A stretch of 64,000 nt of DNA from Eledone cirrhosa (lineage: Eukaryota): assembly GCA_964016885.1 (NCBI GenBank), contig OZ024740.1, positions 417,570,001 through 417,634,000 of the forward strand, read 5' to 3'. The notes under the pieces were generated by a model that did no database searches, was not told the origin of the DNA, and worked only from the letters and a program-made list of their open reading frames with translations. Position 1 is the first letter of the stretch. Every line of letters begins with the position of its first letter. Positions 1 through 10,500 of the stretch are shown here, in pieces. The position numbers were made by a program, and so were the translations under genes.

Positions 1-29
1 GACATGTGGCTAGAATGTCTCAAGAAAGA

Positions 30-47
30 GTCTCTCAATTGAGAGAC
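30..47. other. 18-bp dyad present in every monomer (a perfect palindrome, GTCTCTCAATTGAGAGAC, in this copy)
   Basis: Positions 30-47 equal their own reverse complement. The consensus GTCTCTGAATTGAGAGAC has one G/G mismatch at monomer positions 36/41. Confidence 0.9.
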
Positions 48-3000
48 CACAGCTCTGATATTACAGACATGTGGCTAGAATGTCTCAGGAAAGAGTCTTT
101 GAATTGAGAGACCACAGCTCTGATATTACAGGCATGTGGCTAGAATGTCTCAGGAAAGAATCTCTGAATTGAGAGACCACAGCTCTGATACTACAGACAT
201 GTGGTTAGAATGTCTCTGGAAAGAATCTCTGAATTGAGAGACCACAAATTTGATATTACAGACATGTGGTTAGAATGTCTCAGGAAAGAATCTCTGAATT
301 GAGAGACCACAGATCTGATATTACAGACATGTGGCTAGAATGTCTCAGGAAAGAGTCTCTGAATTGAGAGACCACAGCTCTGATATTACAGACATGTGGC
401 TAGAATGTCTCAGGAAAGAGTCTCTAAATTGAGAGACCACAGCTATGATATTACAGACATGTGGTTAGAATGTCTCAGGAAAGAATCTCCGAATTGAGAG
501 ACCACAGCTCTAATATTACAGACATGTGGTTAGAATGTCTCAGGAAAGAGTCTCTGAATTGAGAGACCACAGCTCTGATATTACAGACATGTGGTTAGAA
601 TGTCTCAAGAAAAAGTCTCTCAATTGAGAGACCACAGCTCTGATATTACAGACATGTGGCTAGAATGCCTCAGGAAAGAGTCTCTGAATTGAGAGACCAC
701 AGCTCTGATATTAAAGACATGTGGCTAGAATGTCTCAGGAAAGAGTCTCTGAATTGAGAGACAACGGCTCTGATATTACAGACATGTGGTTAGAATGTCT
801 CAGGAAAGAACCGCTGAATTGAGAGACCTCAGCTCTGATATTACAGACATGTGGTTAGAATGTCTCGGGAAAGAATCTCTGAATTGAGAGACCACAGCTC
901 TGCTACTACAGGCATGTGGTTAGAATGTCTCAGGAAAGAATCTCTGAATTGAGAGATCACAGCTCTAATACTACAGACATGTGGTTAGAATGTCTCAGGA
1001 AAGAACCTCTGAATTGTGAGACCTCAGCTCTGATATTACAAACATGTGGTTAGAATGTCTCAGGAAAGAGTCTCTGAATTGAGAGACCACAGCTCTGATA
1101 TTACAAAAATGTGGTTAGAATGTCTCAGGAAAGAGTCCTGAATTGAGAGACCACAGCTCTGATACTACAGACTTGTGGTTAGAATGTCTCTGGAAAGAAT
1201 TTCTGAATTGAGAGATCACAGCTCTGATATTACAGGCATGTGGCTAGAATGTCTCAGGAAAGAATCTCTGAATTGAGAGACCACAGCTCTGATACTACAG
1301 ATATGTAGTTAGAATGTCTCAGGAAAGAGTCTCTGAATTGAGAGACCCCAGCTCTGATACTACAGGCATGTGGTTAGAATGTCTCAGGAAAGAATCTCTG
1401 AATTGAGAGATCACAGCTCTGATATTACAGACACGTGGTTAGAATGTCTCAGGAAAGAACCTCTGAATTGAGAGACGACAGCTCTGATATTACAGACATG
1501 TGGCTGGAATGTCTCAGGAAAGAACCTCTGAATTGAGAGACCACAGATCTGATATTACAGACATGTGGCTAGAATGTCTCAGGAAAGAGTCTCTGGATTG
1601 AGAGATCACAGCTCTGATATTACAGACACGTGGTTAGAATGCCTCAGGAAAGAATCTCCGAATTGAGAGACCACAGCTCTGATACTACAGACATGGGGTT
1701 AGAATGTCTCAGGAAAGAGTCTCTGAATTGAGAGATCACAGCTCTGATATTACAGACATGTGGTTAGAATGTCTCAGGAAATAGTCTCTGAATTGAGAGA
1801 CCACAGCTCTGATATTACAGACATGTGGTTAGAATGTCTCAGGAAAGAATCTCTGAATTGAGAGATCACAGCTCTGATATTACAGACATGTGGTTAGAAT
1901 GTCTCAGGAAAGAATCTCTGAATTGAGAGATCACAGCTCTGATATTAAAGACATGTGGTTAGAATGTCTCAGGAAAGAGTCTCTGAATTGAGAGATCACA
2001 GCTCTGATATTACAGACATGTGGTTAGAATGTCTCAGGAAAGAGTCTCTCAATTGAGAGACCACAGCTCCGATACTACAGAGATGTGGTTAGAATGGCTC
2101 AGGAAAGAATCTCTGAATTGTGAGATCACAGCTCTGATATTAAAGACATGTGGTTAGAATGTCTCTGGAAAGAGTCTCTGAATTGAGAGATCACAGCTCT
2201 GATATTACTAGACATGTGGTTAGAATGTCTTAGGAAAAAGTCTCTCAATTGAGAGACCACAGCTCTGATATTACAGACATGTGGCTAGAATGTCTCAGGA
2301 ATGAGTCTCTGAATTGAGAGACCACAGATCTGATACTACAGACATGTGGTTAGAATGTCTCAGGAAAGAGTCTCTGAATTGAGAGACAACGGCTCTGATA
2401 TAACAGACATGTGGTTAGAATGTCTCAGGAAAGAACCTCTGAATTGAGAGACCTCAGCTCTGATACAACAGACATGTGGTTAGAATGTCTCAGGAAAGAA
2501 TCTCTGAATTGAGAGACCACAGCTCTGATATTACAGACATGTGGTTAGAATGTCTCAGGAAAGAATCTCCGAATTGAGAGACCACAGCTCTGATACTACA
2601 GACATGGGTCTAGAATGTCTCAAGAAAGAGTCTCTCAATTGAGAGACCACAGCTCTGATATTACAGACATGGGGATAGAATGTCTCAGGAAAGAGTCTCT
2701 GAATTGAGAGACCACAGCTCTGATATTACAGACATGTGGTTAGAATGTCTCAGGAAAGAGTCTCTGAATTGAGAGACCACAGCTCTGATATTACAAACAT
2801 GGGGTTAGAATGTCTCAGGAAAGAGTCTCTGAATTGATAGTCCACAGCTCTGATATTACAGACATGTGGTTAGAATGTCTCAGGAAAGAATCTCTGAATT
2901 GAGAGATAACAGCTCTAATATTACAGACATGTGGTTAGAATGTCTCAGGAAAGAATCTCTGAATTGAGAGATCACAGCTCTGATATTACAGACATGTGGT

Positions 3001-3399
3001 TAGAATGTCTCAGGAAAGAGTCCCTGAATTGAGAGATCACAGCTCTGATATTACAGACATGTGGGTAGAATGTCTCAGGAAAGAACCTCTGTATTGAGAG
3101 ACCCCAGCTCTGATATTACAGACATGTGGCTAGAATGTCTCAGGAAAGAGTCTCTGAATTGAGAGACCACAGCTCTGATACTACAGACTTGTGGTTAGAA
3201 TGTCTCTGGAAAGAATCTCTGAATTAAGAGATCACAGCTCTGATATTACAGGCATGTGGCTAGAATGTCTCAGGAAAGAATCTCTGAATTGAGAGACCAT
3301 AGCTCTGATACTACAGATATGTGGTTAGAATGTCTCAGGAAAGAATCTCTGAATTGAGAGATCACAGCTCTGATATTACAGACACGTGGTTAGAATGTC

Positions 3400-3630
3400 T
3401 CAGGAAAGAACCTCTGAATTGAGAGACGACAGCTCTGATATTACAGACATGTGGCTGGAATGTCTCAGGAAAGAATCTCTGAATTGAGAGACCACAGCTC
3501 TGATATTACTAGACATGTGGTTAGAATGTCTCAGTAAAGAATCTATCTCTGAATTGAGAGAACACAGCTCTGATACTACAGACATGTGGTTAGAATGTCT
3601 CAAGAAAGAGTCTCTCAATTGAGAGACCAC
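3400..3630 (+). repeat. Diagnostic indel cassette, first of 18 copies: +1 T (TACTAGAC) followed one monomer later by a +4 ATCT duplication (GAATCTATCTCTG)
   Basis: TTACTAGAC at ~3506 versus consensus TTACAGAC, and AAGAATCTATCTCTG at ~3537 versus AAGAATCTCTG. The net +5 bp explains the n x 65 + 5 spacings and the recurring 76-aa minus-strand ORF. Confidence 0.93.
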
Positions 3631-4559
3631 AGATCTGATATTACAGACATGTGGCTAGAATGTCTCAGGAAAGAGTCTCTGGATTGAGAGATCACAGCTC
3701 TGATATTACAGACATGTGGTTAGAATGTCTCAGGAAAGAATCTCCGAATTGAGAGACCACAGCTCTGATACTACAGACATGTGGTTAGAATGTCTCAGGA
3801 AAGAATCTCTGAATTGAGAGACCACAGCTCTGATACTACAGACATGGGGTTAGAATGTCTCAGGAAAGAGTCTCTGAATTGAGAGATCACAGCTCTGATA
3901 TTACAGACATGTGGTTAGAATGTCTCAGGAAATAGTCTCTGAATTGAGAGACCACAGCTCTGATATTACAGACATGTGGTTAGAATGTCTCAGGAAAGAA
4001 TCTCCGAATTGAGAGACCACAGCTCTGATACTACAGACATGGGGTTAGAATGTCTCAGGAAAGAATCTCTGAATTGAGAGACCACAGCTCTGATACTACA
4101 GACATGGGATTAGAATGTCTCAGGAAAGAGTCTCTGAATTGAGAGACCACAGCTCTGATATTACAAACATGTGGTTAGAATGTCTCAGGAAAGAGTCTCT
4201 GAATTGAGAGACCACAGCTCTGATACTACAGACTTGTGGTTAGAATGTCTCTGGAAAGAATCTCTGAATTGAGAGATCACAGCTCTGATATTACAGGCAT
4301 GTGGCTAGAATGTCTCAGGAAAGAATCTATCTCTGAATTGAGAGACCACAGCTCTGATACTACAGACATGGGGTTAGAATGTCTCAAGAAAGAGTCTCTC
4401 AATTGAGAGACCACAGCTCTGATATTACAGACATGTGGCTAGAATGTCTCGGGAAAGAGTCTCTGAATTGAGAGATCACAGCTCTGATGTTACAGACATG
4501 TGGTTAGAATGTCTCAGGAAAGAGTCTTTGAATTGAGAGATCACAGCTCTGATATTACA

Positions 4560-7500
4560 GACATGTGGGTAGAATGTCTCAGGAAAGAGTCTCTCAATTG
4601 AGAGACCACAGCTCTGATATTACAGACATGTGGCTAGAATGTCTCAGGAAAGAGTCTTTGAATTGAGAGACCACAGCTCTGATATTACAGGCATGTGGCT
4701 AGAATGTCTCAGGAAAGAATCTCTGAATTGAGAGACCACAGATCTGATACTACAGACATGTGGTTAGAATGTCTCTGGAAAGAATCTCTGAATTGAGAGA
4801 CCACAGCTTTGATATTACAGACATGTGGTTAGAATGTCTCAGGAAAGAATCTCTGAATTGAGAGACCACAGCTCTGATACTACAGACATGTGGCTAGAAT
4901 GTCTCAGGAAAGAGTCTCTGAATTGAGAGACCACAGCTCTGATATTACAGACATGCGGCTAGAATGTCTCAGGAAAGAGTCTCTAAATCGAGAGACCACA
5001 GCTCTGATATTACAGACATGTGGTTAGAATGTCTCAGGAAAGAATCTCCGAATTGAGACACCACAGCTCTAATATTACAGACATGTGGTTAGAATGTCTC
5101 AGGAAAGAGTCTCTGAATTGAGAGACCACAGCTCTGATATTACAGACATGTGGTTAGAATGTCTCAAGAAAAAGTCTCTCAATTGAGAGACCACAGCTCT
5201 GATATTACAGACATGTGGCTAGAATGTCTCAGGAAAGAGTCTCTGAATTGAGAGACCACAGCTCTGATATTAAAGACATGTGGCTAGAATGTCTCAGGAA
5301 AGAGTCTTTGAATTGAGAGACCACAGCTCTGATACTACAGGCATGTGGTTAGAATGTCTCAGGAAAGAATCTCTGAATTGAGAGATCACAGCTCTGATAC
5401 TACAGACATGTGGCTAGAATGTCTCAGGAAAGAGTATTTGAATTGAGAGACCTCAGCTCTGATATTACAAACATGTGTTTAGAATGTCTCAGGAAAGAGT
5501 CTCTGAATTGAGAGACCACAGCTCTGATATTACAAACATGTGGTTAGAATGTCTCAGGAAAGAGTCTCTGAATTGAGAGACCACAGCTCTGATATTACAG
5601 ACTTGTGGTTAGAATGTCTCTGGAAAGAATCTCTGAATTGAGAGATCACAGCTCTGATATTACAGGCATGTGGCTAGAATGTCTCAGGAAAGAATCTCTG
5701 AATTGAGAGACCACAGCTCTGATACTACAGGCATGTGGTTAGAATGTCTCAGGAAAGAATCTCTGAATTGAGAGATCACAGCTCTGATATTACAGACACG
5801 TGGTTAGAATGTCTCAGGAAAGAACCTCTGAATTGAGAGACGACAGCTCTGATATTACAGACATGTGGGTGGAATGTCTCAGGAAAGAATCTCTGAATTG
5901 AGAGACCACAGCTCTGATATTACTAGACATGTGGTTAGAATGTCTCAATAAAGAATCTATCTCTGAATTGAGAGACCACAGCTCTGATACTACAGACATG
6001 TGGTTAGAATGTCTCAAGAAAGAGTCTCTGAATTGAGAGACCACAGCTCTGATATTACAGACATGTGGCTAGAATGTCTCAGGAAAGAGTCTCTGAATTG
6101 AGAGATCACAGATCTGATGTTACAGACATGTTGTTACAATGTCTCAGGAAAGAATCTCTGAATTGAGAGACCACAGCTCTGATATTACAGACATGTGGCT
6201 AGAATGTCTCAGGAAAGAGTATTTGAATTGAGAGATCACAGCTCTGATATTACAGACATGTGGGTAGAATGTCTCAGGAAAGAACCTCTGAATTGAGAGA
6301 CCACAGATCATATATTACAGACATGTGGCTAGAATGTCTCAGGAAAGAGTCTCTGGATTGAGAGATCACAGCTCTGATATTACAGACACGTGGTTAGAAT
6401 GCCTCAGGAATGAATCTCCGAATTGAGAGACCACAGCTCTGATACTACAGACATGTGGTTAGAATGTCTCAGGAAAGAATCTCTGAATTGAGAGACCACA
6501 GCTCTGATACTACAGACATGGGGTTAGAATGTCTCAGGAAATAGTCTCTGAATTGAGAGACCACAGCTCTGATATTACAGACATGTGGTTAGAATGTCTC
6601 AGGAAAGAGTCTCTGAATTGAGAGATCACAGCTCTGATATTACAGACATGTGGTTAGAATGTCTCAGGAAAGAGTCTCTGAATTGAGAGACCACAGCTCT
6701 GATACTACAGACATGTGGTTAGAATGTCTCAGGAAAGAATCTCTGAATTGAGAGACCACAGCTCTGATACTACAGACATGGGGTTAGAATGTCTAAGGAA
6801 AGAGTCTCTGAATTGAGAGATCACAGCTCTGATATTACAGACATGTGGTTAGAATGTCTCAGGAAATAGTCTCTGAATTGAGAGACCACAGCTCTGATAT
6901 TACAGACATGTGGTTAGAATGTCTCAGGAAAGAATCTCTGAATTGAGAGATCACAGCTCTGATATTACAGACATGTGGTTAGAATGTCTCAGGAAAGAAT
7001 CTCTGAATCGTGAGATCACAGCTCTGATATTAAAGACATGTGGTTAGAATGTCTCTGGAAAGAGTCTCTGAATTGAGAGATCACAGCTCTGATATTACAG
7101 AAATGTGGTTAGAATGTCTCAGGAAAGAGTCTCTGATTGAGAGATCACAGCTCTGATATTACTAGACATGTGGTTAGAATGTTTTAGGAAAAAGTCTCTC
7201 AATTGAGAGACCACAGCTCTGATATTACAGACATGTGGCTAGAATGTCTCAGGAATGAGTCTCTGAATTGAGAGACCACAGATCTGATACTACAGACATG
7301 TGGTTAGAATGTCTCAGGAAAGAGTCTCTGAATTGAGAGACAACGGCTCTGATATAACAGACATGTGGTTAGAATGTCTCAGGAAAGAACCTCTGAATTG
7401 AGAGACCTCAGCTCTGATATTACAGACATGTGGTTAAAATGTCTCAGGAAAGAATCTCCGAATTGAGAGACCACAGCTCTGATACTACAGACATGGGGTT

Positions 7501-10500
7501 AGAATGTCTCAAGAAAGAGTCTCTCAATTGAGAGACCACAGCTCTGATATTACAGACATGGGGATAGAATGTCTCAGGAAAGAGTCTCTGAATTGAGAGA
7601 CCACAGCTCTGATATTACAGACATGTGGTTAGAATGTCTCAGGAAAGAGTCTCTGAATTGAGAGACCACAGCTCTGATATTACAAACATGGGGTTAGAAT
7701 GTCTCAGGAAAGAGTCTCTGAATTGATAGACCACAGCTCTGATATTACAGACATGTGGTTAGAATGTCTCAGGAAAGCATCTCTGAATTGAGAGATAACA
7801 GCTCTGATATTACATATATGTGGTTAGAATGTCTCAGGAAAGAATCTCTGAATTGAGAGATCACAGCTCTGATATTACAGACACGTAGTTAGAATGTCTC
7901 AGGAAAGAACCTCTGAATTGAGAGACGACAGCTCTGATATTACAGACATGTGGGTAGAATGTCTCAGGAAAGAATCTCTGAATTGAGAGACCACAGCTCT
8001 GATATTACTAGACATGTGGTTAGAATGTCTCAATAAAGAATCTATCTCTGAATTGAGAGACCACAGCTCTGATACTACAGACATGTGGTTAGAATGTCTC
8101 AAGAAAGAGTCTCTGAATTGAGAGACCACAGCTCTGATATTACAGACATGTGGCTAGAATGTCTCAGGAAAGAGTCTCTGAATTGAGAGATCACAGCTCT
8201 GATGTTACAGACATGTGGTTACAATGTCTCAGGAAAGAATCTCTGAATTGAGAGACCACAGCTCTGATATTACAGACATGTGGCTAGAATGTCTCAGGAA
8301 AGAGTATTTGAATTGAGAGATCACAGCTCTGATATTACAGACATGTGTGTAGAATGTCTCAGGAAAGAACCTCTGAATTGAGAGACCACAGATCTGATAT
8401 TACAGACATGTGGCTAGAATGTCTCAGGAAAGAGTCTCTGGATTGAGAGATCACAGCTCTGATATTACAGACACGTGGTTAGAATGCCTCAGGAAAGAAT
8501 CTCCGAATTGAGAGACCACAGCTCTGATACTACAGACATGTGGTTAGAATGTCTCAGGAAAGAATCTCTGAATTGAGAGACCACAGCTCTGATACTACAG
8601 ACATGGGGTTAGAATGTCTCAGGAAAGAGTCTCTGAATTGAGAGATCACAGCTCTGATATTACAGACATGTGGTTAGAATGTCTCAGGAAATAGTCTCTG
8701 AATTGAGAGACCACAGCTCTGATATTACAGACATGTGGTTAGAATGTCTCAGGAAAGAGTCTCTGAATTGAGAGACCACAGATCTGATACTACAGACATG
8801 TGGTTAGAATGTCTCTGGAAAGAATCTCTGAATTGAGAGACCACAGCTTTGATATTACAGACATGTGGTTAGAATGTCTCAGGAAAGAACCTCTGAATTG
8901 AGAGACCACAGATCTGATATTATAGACATGTGGCTAGAATGTCTCAGGAAAGAGTCTCTGGATTGAGAGATCACAGCTCTGATATTACAGTCATGTGGTT
9001 AGAATGTCTCAGGAAAGAGTCTCTCAATTGAGAGACCACAGCTCTGATATTACAGACATGTGGCTAGAATGTCTCAGGAAAGAGTCTTTGAATTGAGAGA
9101 CCACAGCTCTGATATTACAGGCATGTGGCTAGAATGTCTCAGGAAAGAATCTCTGAATTGAGAGACCACAGATCTGATACTACAGACATGTGGTTAGAAT
9201 GTCTCTGGAAAGAATCTCTGAATTGAGAGACCACAGCTTTGATATTACAGACATGTGGTTAGAATGTCTCAGGAAAGAATCTCTGAATTGAGAGACCACA
9301 GCTCTGATACTACAGACATGTGGCTAGAATGTCTCAGGAAAGAGTTTCTGAATTGAGAGACCACAGCTCTGATATTACAGACATGCGGCTAGAATGTCTC
9401 AGGAAAGAGTCTCTAAATCGAGAGACCACAGCTCTGATATTACAGACATGTGGTTAGAATGTCTCAGGAAAGAATCTCCGAATTGAGACACCACAGCTCT
9501 AATATTACAGACATGTGGTTAGAATGTCTCAGGAAAGAGTCTCTGAATTGAGAGACCACAGCTCTGATATTACAGACATGTGGTTAGAATGTCTCAAGAA
9601 AAAGTCTCTCAATTGAGAGACCACAGCTCTGATATTACAGACATGTGGCTAGAATGTCTCAGGAAAGAGTCTCTGAATTGAGAGACCACAGCTCTGATAT
9701 TAAAGACATGTGGCTAGAATGTCTCAGGAAAGAGTCTTTGAATTGAGAGACCACAGCTCTGATACTACAGGCATGTGGTTAGAATGTCTCAGGAAAGAAT
9801 CTCTGAATTGAGAGATCGCAGCTCTGATACTACAGACATGTGGTTAGAATGTCTCAGGAAAGAATCTCTGAATTGAGAGATCACAGCTCTGATATTACAG
9901 ACATGTGGTTAGAATGTCTCAGGAAAGAATCTCTGAATCGTGAGATCACAGCTCTGATATTAAAGACATGTGGTTAGAATGTCTCTGGAAAGAGTCTCTG
10001 AATTGAGAGATCACAGCTCTGATATTACAGAAATGTGGTTAGAATGTCTCAGGAAAGAGTCTCTGATTGAGAGATCACAGCTCTGATATTACTAGACATG
10101 TGGTTAGAATGTTTTAGGAAAAAGTCTCTCAATTGAGAGACCACAGCTCTGATATTACAGACATGTGGCTAGAATGTCTCAGGAATGAGTCTCTGAATTG
10201 AGAGACCACAGATCTGATACTACAGACATGTGGTTAGAATGTCTCAGGAAAGAGTCTCTGAATTGAGAGACAACGGCTCTGATATAACAGACATGTGGTT
10301 AGAATGTCTCAGGAAAGAACCTCTGAATTGAGAGACCTCAGCTCTGATATTACAGACATGTGGTTAAAATGTCTCAGGAAAGAATCTCCGAATTGAGAGA
10401 CCACAGCTCTGATACTACAGACATGGGGTTAGAATGTCTCAGGAAAGAGTCTCTGAATTGAGAGACCACAGCTCTGATATTACAGACATGTGGTTAGAAT

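Larger units (their letters stand above)
1..4560 (+). repeat. Left, more heterogeneous layer of subfamily A (no exact long-range repeat within the window)
   Basis: It contains the same modules as the core but in less-derived form (CTCTAAATTG at ~422, GAATTGTGAGATC at ~2115, CAGTAAAG cassette at ~3532), plus private variants (ACAAATTTG ~244, CCGCTG ~811, 1-bp deletion GAGTCCTG ~1133). Confidence 0.6.

Noticed and set aside
43-48. BsaI site (GAGACC) in most monomers suggesting a synthetic Golden Gate concatemer
   Set aside because: Hierarchical shared mutations, indels and nested duplications over 64 kb indicate natural array evolution; there is no vector or designed sequence.
1-195. 3 x 65 = 195 bp as a nucleosome repeat length
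   Set aside because: No trimer periodicity is visible in the variants, and most HOR sizes (17, 26, 32, 35, 44, 46, 55, 68, 71) are not multiples of 3.
1131-1142. Singleton 1-bp indels (GAGTCCTG ~1133, GAAATTG ~48114, GACCCCCAG ~60677)
   Set aside because: Each was seen once, in a dinucleotide or homopolymer context, and cannot be distinguished from sequencing or consensus error without reads.
1433-1438. E-box CACGTG/CATGTG and Smad-like GTCT/AGAC motifs
   Set aside because: 4-6 bp motifs are expected by chance and are multiplied by the repeat; no regulatory role can be supported from sequence alone.
1695-1702. Telomere-like GGGTTAG in GGGGTTAG variants (GGTTAG in the consensus)
   Set aside because: It is a single hexamer per monomer and never tandem, which is insufficient to call telomeric sequence or a G-quadruplex.
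5946-5953. AATAAA polyadenylation-like hexamer in CAATAAAG cassettes
   Set aside because: It arises from two substitutions in an A-rich tract and was copied by HOR amplification. There is no transcription unit or supporting context.
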